From NCBI GenBank assembly GCA_002633005.1, contig NMRA01000348.1:297065-361064 (forward strand): DNA of 64,000 nucleotides. The letters run 5' to 3'. Numbering within the stretch: the stretch's first letter is position 1; the number at the start of each line of letters is the position of its first letter. Below are positions 13,261 through 28,295 of this stretch, piece after piece. The notes under the pieces were generated by a model, which searched no databases, was not told the DNA's origin, and worked only from the letters and a program-made list of their open reading frames with translations. Source of the stretch: Phoronis australis. Lineage: Eukaryota > Animalia > Phoronida. A program made the position numbers and the translations under genes.

Positions 13261-16200
13261 CTGAAGAACACAATCGGATAACGCTTGAGCCATGAAAGGT
13301 AACGGAACGGAGTGATTTTATTCATAAAAGACTACTACATTATGGACACTAGGCTATTAACAGAATTGCCATGTGAAGGAAAAATTGTACGTTAATCAAG
13401 GAACAAAGGCATTTCCCGATAGATGTAGCAGTAGTGATGCATTTTTCAACCTCATGCAATAGAAATGCTTGGATGTTATGTTATAACCAACCAGAATGTT
13501 TGGATGTTAAAGCAATGAGAAATCACGTTGCAGGGCCAATCTATAAAGTTTCTTCTCACAGTTTTAAAAAGAATGCACACAGGTTAGTAGAATTGGCGTC
13601 GTTGAAGTTTCAATTCACATACAGGTGTAGCAATGTTGTTTTTCCGTAGCATGCAGATGAGTTAATTACGAAGGACTTACCGGGTTGGGCAGTGGTCGGA
13701 GCAGCGGTAGTCACTGCAGTCGCGACAACAACGAGAGACCCGGGCACTGTACTCAATGTGTTGCCACTCAGATCTTTTATGGCTAATGTACCGTTTGCGA
13801 TGGCAGTAGTTAGGACGTTCATGACGGCACTCGACAGAACAGTCGATGCGCCTGTTGGCGGCAGGAGGTCAAATGTCACGATTATACTTCCTGAAATGAT
13901 CAAATCAGCAACTTAATCAAACAAAATGCCTTCGACCACAGACTGCGAAGGTAATATACGAACATTTGTAACAATCTTTTTTAAAAACACTTATGGTATA
14001 CATGTCCCTGTGTTGCCTTATTGCTTTCAAAATGTGCCATTTTCGCAATCGGAATTTTATGATTTTCATGAAAAAACAAAAGAAGATGCATGAAATAAAA
14101 ACAAAATGATTTCTTATAAATCTGTATGGTAATTTTTAAAATTTAGTCTTGAAGAGTAATATCAAATAAAATTTGATCATATTACTGATACCGTTTTTTG
14201 TTCTCTGCATTGTTCTTTTTGCCAAATATTATCAAAAAGGCATGGTCACGTGACTTTATCTCCGGCAGATTGGTTAAAAGTAAAAAAACTAAGTTGTCTG
14301 TTTTAAGAAATCATGTACTCTTTGTTAAACTCTAAAGTTTTGTAGATAAATACAGGTTATAAATGTACAACGTACTGTTTGCACCAGTGGTTAAAAGTAA
14401 GAAGTCAAGTAAATTAGCAACGAACGACGGGACCTTTATAAGGTCATTATCTGCGCAACCTGCGCTGATGATATTTGGCAGTAAATACACGCCACTACTG
14501 GAAACATTATTTTATGAATGTACCTGCACACCACATTAACAAACAATAGTTATAAATCTGGGCCATAATCTCGCGAAGGAAGGGTGTGTGGTCACGTGCT
14601 TCGCTTGCACAGTACGTGTATTACATGGCGATATCTCGGCAGGCAGAAGTGGCTAGGGCATATGTTTATGTAGCTTACCGGATTTAACATCCAGGTTCTG
14701 AATTCTGGTTCCATCAACGCCAAGTTTGGTGGCGAGCTGGCTTTTGAGCGAGACCAAGAACTCAGATTTGTTATTGCCAACCACGTCGCTGTAGTTGGCA
14801 TCGAGCTTGAAGGTGACCTCGACTTTGGGAGCGACATCATTCGGATGGGAGGATTTTGTTGTTGCGACTGGAGTTGCTGTAAGATTAAGGTCAATTTGGA
14901 AATGAGACGCTCTTCATGGTGATAATGCCCGGCTTCGGTGCCAGAAAAACAAATCAGCACATGTGCGCAGACATCACATTCACAAAGATATACAGTAGGT
15001 TGCACAAAGATATGTCAACTGAACATGGTTCCAATCAGTTATGGACGAATGTTGAGGAAGAAATAGCTACGGACCTCGCTTGCAGTCGATGAACATTTTC
15101 CCGCCAAGTAGCCAGTCCCATATCGCACACTTCGGATTTGCATGCAACTAATTTCGTACACAGTCATTTCATTACAAACATAACCTGTCTATGTATGTGA
15201 TGAGGTGAGAATCACAATTGCAGTATTTCGCACACATAAGCTGCCGCTGACGTTGTACCATAAGGATGGTCAACTATCCAGGGTATGGTTCATGAAATGT
15301 TACTTAAGACTTCAGACACAACTTTGGTTGTAGGCTCCAACTTCACAATTCTTGAACACGGATTTAGTCACGTGATCACGAGCGCGTCGAAATCAAGAAA
15401 TAGCTTACGGAGATTATCTCAGTAACTATCAGTTTTGTGTATATTCTCAGACATGTAATTATTTTTTAGAAATATTTGTTTGGAGCCACTTAAATAGACC
15501 CCAAGTGAAGCATTATGGGTGAAAACAGACTATTGGCCCGTTTAATGCAAAGACTGCAACGACCTGCAAGCGTGACCCATAAAACATGCCAAGAGCAGTT
15601 CACGGCGATTATTGATAAACCTACAGCATATAGTACATATACGACGACAATGTTCTTATCTATTCACAGCATTCCAAATGTGTAGTGCCCATCGTATTTT
15701 TTATTCTTGAGCTGCTATCATCAAACAAGAGGGGAGTCCGGCATGCGTACGCGTATATTAGTTTCCAAAACAAACTGGACAAGGTGGAAATTAAAGTTCG
15801 GATGCACAAAGCCGTGATTAAATATCCACTTCTATTGGTCTAGGATCCGTTTCAATGTTCGACATCTTGAAATGTTGATAGATGTTACTCCACGCATTTA
15901 GCCGAAATTGCTGCAACTTACATGTAACGAATGAGGCATTTACATGTACAAATAAGCAATGAGTGGTTGGCTACAATTGCACCCATTAAACTAAATATAA
16001 ACTTTGTTATATTTTATTATGATAAAAGCTCGACTTAATTAATCTGGCAAGACGTTCGTCGTAGTATAACGGAGACTGACGGAGTTTTGTCGGAGTCTGT
16101 CTCATTCATTTTGAAAACTACTGCACGTGTAAACTGTGTAGCAAAATGTCATGATTGGATAGAGTGTGAAAGCGGACATCGCCTAAGGGTACTACACAAT

Positions 16201-19200
16201 CGACGCGAGCACAATGCAACATAAGAATCAGATGAGGAAAGATCAGGTTAACGTTAGTGGTACGGGAGAAGAGGTACTCAAGTTTGGTTAGTGCTCAAGG
16301 ATAAATAACTTAAAAATAACAAGGAATTGTATTGCAGATTTTGTAAACTGAAATCTGAGGGACGCTACATGATGGTAAGGGGGGGGGGGTGTAGGTGGCG
16401 TTTCCTCAAGTGAGGTGGCAGTTTACCTGACGAGGCGTTAGCCATGGTTGAGTTGTCTGAAATATCCGAAGTGGGACGAACCCTTAATACATTTGCTATT
16501 TCACCTGTTCACTACATAATGCCTAACATTTGATATTATATTTATTTCGCTGTGACAACAACGTTTACTATCTATAAATGTACACAAATAAAAAGTTTGT
16601 CTATGTGAAAGCACGTGGACTAATTATGGCTTTTGCCAGAAACACTTCCAAATATTTGAAGATTACCAATGACTTCAAACTGAATATTTTCTGCCTTTGT
16701 TCATTTTACTTGTCACGGAACGTTCAAATAAAATAACTTCACCAATTAAGGAACTTAGGAAACGTAACCAATCGGTGTTTCGATGTCGTGTTTATAAAAA
16801 GACGTCCTTGCAAATGTCACGTGACCAAATGTTGTGTTACCCACAATCCCACGGTGACGTAAATGAATTGCGCAAAGGTCAGACTACGCATCATGCAAAA
16901 CTAATAATGGGACAGTTCTCGGGTCCCGGACTTCTGCGACGAAATGTTGGGAAATAAGCAACTTTCCCAAAATATTCATCATAAGGAATGACATTGATAA
17001 TCTCTAAGACTTTAAAGCAGTATTTGGATCAATAACACATCTGTATTTTCTGCTACACGTGCTCAGCGTTCAATTCCGTAGGCCACTGCTTACATACATG
17101 TATAGCTGAATCGCGTTCGTCTGTACAAGCAACCGTTACCATTATCGTCGATTGAGAAATGAGTGCATCAACAAAATGTCACTGCAGTGTACAGTGGACT
17201 TTAAAAGAGACATTTATTTTAAAATGAAGCTAGTTTACACTTATAACATCAAGTAGGAATGAAAACACCAGTCAAGTAACAGAGCTAACTTAACAGTCAC
17301 GTTACAACATCCTGAGATGACGTAACTGGAGGGGTGACACAACATCTAATTACCTGTTGATAACGATACTGGAAGGCATTAATAATATCCATTACAATAT
17401 ATTAAGGTAAATGGAAGATGGTTGAAACATTTCATTTGAAAAATTGATTGACAGTATTGCAGTCATCACTTGCAAGAGATTTTTCGTTCTCCCTTCGACT
17501 TCTTTTCAAACCTCTTTACGGACAGAAGGGAACCCAACCGATTTTGGAAAATAGCTTTCTTCATGGCCGAATTTTTTGGTCTCGAAGTGAAAAAAACAGA
17601 GATTTCCCACAATTCGTTATTGTAGGTAGGGGAGAAAGACGTCTCAGATACGAATAGCGGGAAATCGGTAGCTGAGCTGAAATGGTAAACCACCTGACAT
17701 CGCAGAGAGCTTGATGGTTAATGTCTATGCAGCAAACTTCTGTAGGTTCATGCTGCTCACAGTACATTATAATTTTGCACATAACATCAAAACATTTTGC
17801 ATGCCGACACCTGTGGTTCGTGAGCAAAAATGCCCAAGAAGTACAATTTTCTAAGATTCCCCTGGAAACTATTCAGCGCTTCACAGAGAATGGTAAATGG
17901 ACAGATCACAGAAAATTACCGGTCAACAGAAGCTTACTCTGAATCATCTTCATGTATACGTGCCCCAAAATATTTGCTTTAAAACTCACTAACATCTTGT
18001 GCTGCGTGAACCGAGGAGATTTGGTTCACACGCCAGTTTCTCATGTGCGTTGCAGTGCCCCAAGTGCACGCGGACCGAACTCAAGAAGTACATGTACGTT
18101 GGTCTCTGTTAGCGTGTGTTCTACTCATTCACTACAGTGTGTGCAATGTGCTTTGTCGTGCGAACAAGCGAATAAAAAGCAAAACATAGATTGCAAAAGC
18201 AAAGGTTAGTTCCCTTGCATTATTTCTTGCGTGTACACGTAGTCTACCGAGAAAATGCCAAGGTCTATTTGTTTGCAACTGAGTGAAGAACAATGTAACG
18301 TAAGCCAATTAATGTTAACCACAAAGTTAAACCAATGAACAATGCGTGCCAAGCCTGATTGTTTATGCGAAGCGCACGGACATGTCAATATTGCCATTAC
18401 CTGTGGTTGCGGGATCATCTGTATTATAAAAGTGCATACGAACAATTATAAACTGTATATAACACAATGCTATGTATTAAGTCACCGTTTACCAATTTGC
18501 CTAAAAACCCATACCTGAGGCGCGTTAGATAGGGCACTGACACAGCAAGATTGTTCTGAGAACAACCTCGAGAAGAGGGAACAGCTTGTGGAAACCGACC
18601 AAACGTAGACAACATGTGATCTAAGTAAAAACACAGTGGACGCTACCGAATATGATGCCTGTTTTTGTACAGAGTTCCTTTTTTCACACGTCCCGAGTCC
18701 GATTTATTATTATGTTCGGGAGGGGCTCCTGATGATATTCTGAGGACGGATTTGGTACCCCATGGCCTAAATGCAAGACTGACGATTGCAGTGTCTAACT
18801 AAAGGTCAAACATGCGGAAAAAAGAAATAGAGTTTAGGTAAAAGAGTTTTATCTTTTTTAAATCCGTTCAAAAAATCTACCACAAACTACGTGACTTTTC
18901 GCGGAGCAACTGTTTGTCACAACATTGCGTGGCCTTAGGACACAATATGTCGTGATAAACAGATCCACTGTGAGTTGTCCCAATTTTCCCACATACTTCT
19001 GTGTCTTTTTTACCATAACAATCAGCGTTCTTCTTTGCTGAAATGTTTGATTGGTCTGACATACTATCGAGTTACGTCACACGCTAGCTTTCGAAAGAGA
19101 GGCTATTGTCACAGCGTATACATATACATGTACATGTACATGTAGGCCAATGTCGCACCTTACTTGCACTGTCTGCCGGCAGAAACCATGAGTCAAGTGC

Positions 19201-22200
19201 GACACAAAAGTCACAATCTTAGGCTGCCAAGTAATCACTACTAGGTTGCAGACGTTTGGGAGAATTTTATTTCATAAACCGAATCGTGCAGACTTACTTG
19301 TTGTAGCAGCTTCCGTTGTTGGAGCTTCTGTGGTCGTAGTGGTTTCACTTACAGGGTCTCCTTCAAATACACTGGAAGAAAAGAAATTGTGTGTTATTAA
19401 AAATGCATAGGTCCCCAGTCACTTGCCCTCAAACAATCTCCTACAGACATGTACCGCAAGAGTTGCAGGGCCTATTTCATAATAAGTGACTTCAGATTAC
19501 AGTGAGAAATTCCGTCTTGCTCACCAAACATGTAGTTCTGAAAGGTAATTTATCTCGCAACGAGAAGAAGAAGAATGCTGAATGTCATTGAAAATCACCC
19601 ATTATTTCTAGCTGTTGTGATCATACTAAATTTTCTCGAAACTCAGTGTGACATGGCAAAATATATTTAGTACATGATGTTTGCGCTTAAGTTTAACTTT
19701 CGAACTTAATTATTTGTAGACTTTAATATCGTTTTTAAAGAACCACCTCCTGCAGCATGAGGCACTGCCCCTGTACAGAACTGAGTTTGTCATAACTGAT
19801 CATACACATATACATGTACTCAGACAAATTGTTGTGAACATTCCATAGCACAGACCGGTAGAAAAAGGCCTGGCGTTTCTCCAAGCAGTCATCATAGCAT
19901 TTGGTGAAGGTGAATGTAAATGCTGACAAAAAACAACGTAAAGAACCACCGTTTGATTTCAATGTCAATTGATGAAGTGGGTAACACAACAATGAAAATT
20001 ACACTATATGTGTGACTAAAACTCACGCAACAAATCCGAGACTAGTGCAAGAGCACGTGACGTAGTTCACGCCGTTTTCTTCAAACGGGTCCGAAGAAGT
20101 ACAGTCGGTTGTTGTCCAGTCATCAACGTAACTCCACTTATGGCACTGGAATATAAATTGGTAACTTTAGAAACAAGTGTGGTTTCTTCTACGTACACGT
20201 TTTGAACAAAAAACAAAACGATTCTAAATAAGGTCACCTTTGAGGGAGTAATAAAAATACACGGGCATTTTACTGTCTGAAGCTACATGTACATGTACGT
20301 ACTGTACTTCCTTGAAGCAGCGTTGTTTGGGAATAACTTCGACATACATGTAATTAGTTTGTTTTGCATTTCGCTTCACAAAATCTCGGAGAAAATAAAG
20401 TGAAGTGGGATATTATCTTTAAAGGTTTGTAACCAGGTGACGTCAACAACTTTACGAATATAAAATACCTGGAGGCTGTTGATGGTTGTATTGACCTCTC
20501 CTGTGACCGGTATCTTGATTTTCATTGGCTTAGACAGCCCCGTCACGTGCAACATGGAGAAGACCACAGTCTCTTCATATTTGTTCGTCTCGGGATTAAT
20601 AAATCGGACTCCTATCACATCACTTCTAATGTTCTTCGTCAAAGGAGACAATGCCGTGGTGTTGATGCTGATGATATTGTTGGGGAGTTGACTAGTTGCC
20701 AGGCAACCACCGTAACAGGTCAGTTCATTAGTACAATTCCAGGTAGTGAACTGATCTTGCATCGATTCTCCTAGTTCCACCTATTATAGACAGAAAACGG
20801 AAAATTTGTACATGAGGCGTGCTGGGAGATTATTTCTCCATCATTCACTCGAGAAGCAGGAGGGCAGAAATCGAAAAATCCAGAAACCGAACTTCTATAT
20901 AAAAGATTAGTTAACTTAACAAGTGTCAGTATCAGTTTATACTTACAAGCACAACTACAAGAGAAAGAATTGTTGTCAGCATTGTAGTAAAAGTGCCAGT
21001 TTGCTAGCGGAAACTAAGAGACGCGGGATTGCGTGTAGGCTAAGGTAGCCGATGCCGTGCAACCTAAAAAGGACATCTTTCGCAGTCTTTCTGCTTTGTC
21101 GGCACTTTAATTGTCTTGTATTTCAAGAATTAGCAGAAATGTCAAGGTTAAAAAGAAATCGAATCAAATTCGAAATTACTATCTGTCCAAAATTGTGCTC
21201 TGAACTATTTGTATTAGAAAACCCATAAATTAACTGCGTCTTGTAACGTATTTTAAAAGTTGAGCATTATATGTGGTGTACACTTGTATGTTATGTCACA
21301 TCTAGTCAGAAATGCAGTACAGCAAAGTCGGTCCTGAAGGTATTAGGTCACAGATACAATGCCTCTTGGCTCCTTTTGGGTCTGCATACTCATTGTACTG
21401 AATATTTCACAATAAACATTAAAAATGTATTATGTACCGACATACCGTTGCCGTGTTCTTTATGGCCGTGCAGTTTTCGCACGCAACGTTCAGAGAGGTG
21501 TTGAATACGTCATCAAACAAGCGCATGTCCATTTTCATTGAGATATACTTGTCGTCAGTTGCGTATAGCGTCATTCCAGTTCCCATTGAACGGCAGAGGC
21601 CTTTCGTATAGGTATCAATAGCGGCAAGATAAGTTTCAACGTCGCTGCGCGCGGACGATTCGTTGACAGTAGCCTTGAAACCGTTCAGAAGAGTTTCAAC
21701 CTAATGAAAAGAAAAGTGGTAACTATAAACGAATTGAAGGCAATAAGTTGTAATAAAATTCTAAATGACTCAAATTATTTGCCTGATTGGCAGAATCATT
21801 AAAAACATACTTTTAATCTTCAACGAAAAATTTACCTCAGACACTTCGAAACTATTCAACTCCGTTTGAGAAGATACTGCCCTCTTCCGCCGACTGGAAG
21901 ATGAGGATGAAGACGACGTGGCGGTGTCTTTCGTCATGGTCGAAGTCACATCTGTGACCATCTGTAAGGTTGCCTGTCTGTTGGACTCAGAAAGAGGGAT
22001 ATCTCCTGTACTCTCCAAATAATCCAGAGCACTTTCTTTGTCACTGTAAGCAAACAAGTACATGTACTCAGTGCGGGAATCGAAAGAAAACGTCAACATA
22101 ATGAGAATTATCAAACAATAAGCGTGATCCGCAAATGACCCGTCACTTTCATTTCCGAGGTACGGAAAGGTCTGCACGTAAAACTCTATTTCAACTATTA

Positions 22201-25200
22201 CGCGCAAAACACCTTTGACTTTTTCATATAAAATTTTGGGGCGAAAACACATTTCTCATATACGTGTATCTTAGGAGCAAGTTTAAAAACTCTATCTGAA
22301 GTCTGCACTTGTTACTAACGATGTGACTGGGGCAATCGAAAGATTTATGCTATACAGCGATGGATTGTCACGACTGAATGGTGATTTACTTTTGTATTTT
22401 CCATTCACTATTTTCATGTTCTATCTTCAAGAAAGTGACTGTCAAATTTCATAGTTGGTCTTCAAGCGAATTGGCAAATACATGTAGAGAGGCGGGCGTA
22501 CTGAGTAATAAAAACCGACAAATGGCACATAATACGTCTAATAAGTTCGATGAAAGAGAGGCGTTATGGACTTCTTAATTAATTCTTATTTTTGAAATTT
22601 TATGAAAATTTGTCAAATGATTCCGAAGATAGAGAGAAACGTTGAACATAAAAATGAACATTAATTGTCGAATCTGCCCGAAAGTAGCATCCGTCGCAAG
22701 CTTCATAGGAACAAACAGTCCAACTTCCATGCAGATTAACCAAAGGATTGTGGGGATACATTAGTTGCGGAAGTCGAAAATTCAGACAGAGATTGAAGCA
22801 ATATGGACCCAAATGTTTTTGCAGGCCCATGAAAACCGTTGGAAGGCATTCAATACAATAACGGTCATGTGCTCAACACTGAGGCCAACATTCTCGGAAC
22901 CGCTTGAATTGACCAGCATTGCTATCAAGCTGAAGATTGAAAACATACCTGGTGTCAACATTAATAAGCATGTCAGCTAAGAGGGTATCCCTTTTAGCTT
23001 TAATTTGAGCCAGCAACGAAGAGTCGTTGATCGACGCAGTGAGCTGAGTAGTCGCTTGCAGAAAGCCAGAAACATCCGCTGTAATAAAATGTAAATGTGG
23101 ACTGTTAAAACACTTAAGAGGCAGTCCATATAAAAACCAGTGGATTTTCAAAAATCAGTCTATACGTCAAAATTTAAAACAACTTCATTTTTTGTACATG
23201 GGTAGGTATCCTAACAAAAACCCAAATGCCAAATTTTGTGCACTCAATGACCCCTAATTTCGCCGCTGGAGCATGATAACACAAATTGGCACAATTGGGC
23301 ATATTAGCCGTCTCAAAAANAAATGTGGCCGAAAATGGCTTCAGTGAAAACCTAAAAAATAGCCGTTTTTGCCTCACAAATTCAAAACGTATCAATTTAA
23401 AAATGGATTTTGAAAGTTATGCCATTAAATTATTCAGCCATTGCCCTTTCAATTCGTATTATTCATTTGTTTTGACCCTATCATACATGCTAGTAAAATG
23501 CATTCAAACATGCCTACTTCGACGCCCAATTTTGTTGCAAAATGGAGGTACAGGTCATAAAAAGAAAAATAATGAATGAAAATTCTTAAAAAGTGAGGTT
23601 TTTCTACTTCTCAACAAACCAAACGCATGTGCTAAGTTTCAAAAAAATCGGTGATTTTGGGTATAGACTCTACCTGTTGGTTTTTATATGGAGTCACTCT
23701 TAACAGTTTGCGAGATTAGTAATGAAGATGCAACATATATCATGCCTGTATTCTGTAAGTGTCTTTCATTTGTGTCTTCTATTTAGAACACAAACTAGTT
23801 TTTCAATGGACAAGTTACATATTTACGTTTTTTCATTGAATTTCCTAAGTTTCTACTTAGGATCGATATTGGTTTTAGTGCTATTTTGACTGCCATATTA
23901 TTGGAAGGTAGGCCACCATGAAGAAATTTAAAAAATCAAACTAAAAATTGCGTCTCGTTTCTGCCTACTCCGGACTTTTTAATGTAACATTCAGAAACAC
24001 ACCTCCTATCTGTGATTCGCCCTCGACATCCTCCATCAGTGCCAATAAGCTAGTAGGGTCCTGGAGTTCATTCATAACAACCTCGTAAGTAGACGACTCT
24101 GTACAGATTCCGACAGAGCTACAGGCGACGCCACGAATGTAATGGGTACCTATGAACATAAGTGACAGTATCCTTTGCAAGAGCCATTATCGTAAGCGTT
24201 TGAAACTTTCCTGACAGGGAAGGACAAGTTACAGATTGTACGGCATTTTTTATGGTTGTTGATGCCGGAAAAAGGATGGCCAAAAGTAATTATGCCATAG
24301 GACTTAAGGGGGCGATGACTGCAATTCCTGGGAAGGTCTTCATTTTGTATGGAAACAAGGTGATTTGGTTTACCAAAGCCTGGGAACCCAATGCACTAGA
24401 TGAAGAACATTTTTGTAAATACATGTAGTTGCGATCTGTGTTGGAATTTGGAATACATGTAGTGCGTGATGACTACGGAAATGGGAAGCCCTAATGGTGA
24501 TTGGTAAAGAGTGTGTGGGTAGCGAGACCCAATTTTCACACCCCTCCGCTGTCAAAGTACCCACACCCCTGCCTGTGTCTGTCAGGGTAACTCCTAATCT
24601 CAGACACATAACTGTCTTGCAATTGTGGGGTTAGACATATTACCAAACTGACATTAATGCCCATTAAGTTCCATACCTGCCGGTAATGTAAGCTCTTTAG
24701 TGTCGCTGGTAGTTGGTAACCCTAGTCTTTTACATTCTTTAATTTGAGTTTCAGCAGATTCACACTTGAAGGCGTTGGTGCTGACAGAGGACATGTCCCA
24801 GTTCTGCGACGTTAGCGTTATTTTATCTTGAATGGCGGTGCCGTTTAATGAAGAAAGCTGCAGAAACATACAATAAGGCATGCTTAATGCATACAGGTAC
24901 ATGAACATGGAACCCGTTGTGAATATTAGAATCATGGTTATTGTAACATGTCTGAACACAGCAATGGGCGACTCGAAATTCGCTAGGTGGTGCTAATGAA
25001 TGAAATCCCCTGCAGTTTGGGTTTGACATCCGAATGGTGAAAGGGAAGAACGTAGCACGCATCAGTATGGTGACGCTCGGGTGAAAAGAGACACGTGTGA
25101 TTTGCCTGTAGAGAGACACTTCTGTTCTATACCTTCCTTGTGAATCCTATGCAATGCCTACTGTCCTATTTGACAAATTTCAAAAGATGCACGTCAGCCA

Positions 25201-28200
25201 GGGGTTTCTTAGAAACTATCGCCTGCAAAACATGACCCAAATTCTACGTACATGTATACACGTGCGATCAGAATGAAAGGTTTTTGATTTCATTTGTCAA
25301 CTATTAGGATGCATTTGAGAGTTTACTTACACCGAAGTCGCCCTCAGCAGGCGCACCGTAGGTTTCGAACTCCGTCTCCACAGATGACAGAAGGTCGCTC
25401 GCTAGTCCGGAGTGACTAATGGTGATTACCAGTCGAACTTTGTACGTACACGCTGGGCAGAGGTAACAATCCTCTAAGTTGTCTTGTTTGTACGTCAAGG
25501 TCACTTTGTAGTTCCTAAGATTCCCACCGTTCCTTACCATAGTATGTTTCTTGACGCAGTTTTCAATGTCTATGAGACTGTAACCTATAACAATGAATCG
25601 TATGCAGCACTGCATCACCTTCCATTTACATCGCAAGCATGAGAGAGTGCTACGCTTGATTGATGCTAGTGCTCTGGTTCGCACCTGAACTGGTACAGTC
25701 AACTCAAGTTCGTAGTCCGTTATTTGCTCATCAGAAGTAGCGTATTGCTTCCGCAAAATGTCACGCGGCGTAACCTTATTATACAGGAGGCCAACTCAAA
25801 AAAATTTGAAAAAAAAACATCGTGACACGAGACGGCTCTTTAGTTCCAGTCACGTTTAAATTAAATTTGTGTCCAGGTCTTTTTTCAAGTTAAATTTCAC
25901 ATTTTTTATAATACCATGTAGACCATATGAATTATCAAAATATTTTGTAACACGTCTAAAAGAGCACATTGACATGAATCTCAATGACACAACAAGTTAG
26001 CAATTTACTGCGACATTTAATTAATTTTAATCTTTGGTCAGTTCTTTATATTATCTTATTAGACACTTACCGTCTTCTTGAACACTCTGCCATGACAGTG
26101 AAACAGTATCAGCCTCCCCGGGATAGTCGATAACTGCTCGTATCTTCAGAGGTCGCTTCGGGTGTTTCTTTTTATTACCTTCCCCAATAAATTTAACAAC
26201 TGGCAATGGGAAATTTGCCTCGTATTTTTTCACCCACTTTGCCACCCAATCTGTACTTGTACGTTGGCCATTCCTCATGGTTACGGTAAACATGTACCTT
26301 AAACGAAACGATCACAACGTATCAATACCCAATTCAAGCATGCTAACACTAAAATGAACACATACATGTACACTACTTATTGGTACATTAGTTTTTGTAT
26401 TACCAAAAGGATGTCGTTTTCTTATACATGTACATGTGGGAAATAAGCCACTTCACGTTGTCGCTGTAAGCATTTTTATATTGATAATGGTCATGTGAAC
26501 GTCAAGTTCAGCCATTACCAATACGGAGCTGTAGGTACGTGAGATGAAGCTAGGGAGTCAATGAATATAATGTTACATTCATTCGAGGTACTCACAGTCC
26601 CACGTTGAGTGTGTTGGGGGCGAGTGTAACTTGAGCAGTTGTGTCCAGTATCGACTGTAGGTTGACGTACGTGTTGTTGGATTTTACGATGCACTCGCCT
26701 GTCTCGGTAAGGCTTACTTCATCTAAAACCTGGAAATACACTCAATCACCTGAGGTACAATTCCAATGGCAAATACAAAAAAAAAACGAAGACAGTGGGC
26801 TTGCACAGTATCAAAGGAAGTTGATTATTCAATAACTATGTCTATACTAATAACCACTAACCTTGCATCCCCAGCTGAAAGCAGTGTTCTCATCGTAGAC
26901 ACCACCTTCGTTGTTAGGATCTATTGAGGTGGACGCGTCCAATATGAGATCCTTCTCAACGTCAGCTTCTGATAATTTGGGCCCAGCAATCTCGGCTTCC
27001 AGGTCTTGTTGACGGGTCTCCCATTCAACACTTGCACTTATCTGATTGGTGAAGTCGTTGTTTATTGCCACTGAAATGCAATAAGCACACTAGTAGAGAA
27101 ACGGTAGTGTTGGCGACGGTGGCTGTTTGTGCTGCAACTGTCAATGTCATCGCTGCTGGTGCGGGTGCTGGTGCTGCTGATGCTGCTACTTCTGCTGCTG
27201 CTGATGATGATAGTGATGCTGATAGTGATGATACTACGGATGCTGCTACTAATGACGGTGCTAACATTAGGAACAGTAGCATTACTTCTAGCAATATTTA
27301 AGGTGGAAGTACATCGTAGTTGTTGTGGTAGAGACCACGTGCTCTCACTAAAGACCACGGTGATATCTCGCGAGATCTGGCTTTATCGAGACATTAACCT
27401 TATTCAACTAGATCCTGTACTACTATAAACGTCTTTTAAACAGTACCTGTCACTGTGAAGGTATATTTTCGTCCTCCGAGCATGTATCCATCGGGTATAA
27501 TAACCGCCCTCTTTCCAAGTTTACGGACTGTGACCGTTTGGCCGGTGTCAGACTTCGCTTCCCACAGAAACTGCACAGAGAACATTTTATTAAATGTGCC
27601 TTAGGCCCTACCAAAAAGATTTGTGTTATAATTTCCGACAACATTTAATGTGACTTTTAGTACTAAACTATTTTAAAGGACATGGTACTGTATTTATGCT
27701 ATTATTTGTAACAGCGTTTCTTATGAATGAAACGTCTCTTTGAAAACCAAATAGTGAGCTCTTTGTTTGATCTCCATATTCAAATTATGCACACGGTGAC
27801 CAGGTACCTGGGTGGTGTCAAGCGACACGTTTGCACATTTCGATAGAACAGTCCTTGCAAACAAGATCTGTCGCACGGTAGAATCCACGTCTTTCCTGTT
27901 GCCTCCGATGAGGCTCACCGTCAAAGCCTTAACGCTGGCCGATCGAGTTACGGTGTATTCGGAGACTTGGCTTTCCAAACCAAGCCGATTGGAAACCCAC
28001 ACTTTGAAAACGTACGAAAATCCGGGCGTAAGCTGAAAGGATTAAAAGGAAACGCAATTAACGTTTCTTAGACACTTTGAATATAGCAACCAAAGGTTTA
28101 ACAAACAACTATCACGTGTCCTTCATATTGTTTGAATTAAATGACAATGGAACTTGATAAACGAGTAGAAGTCATAATCGGTGTTTTGGTTGTCGTTAAT

Positions 28201-28205
28201 TACAG

Positions 28206-28295
<90 letters not shown>

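Noticed and set aside
25585-25774. In-frame upstream extension of the 25584-25331 exon (150-aa ORF)
   Set aside because: The upstream AG at 25775 is phase 0, incompatible with the phase-1 donor at 26071; the acceptor at 25585 fits.
27071-27428. Overlapping Ala/Ser/Leu-rich ORFs, one resembling a signal peptide protein
   Set aside because: Low-complexity trinucleotide tract; flanking exons 27570-27447 and 27070-26862 splice in phase without it.
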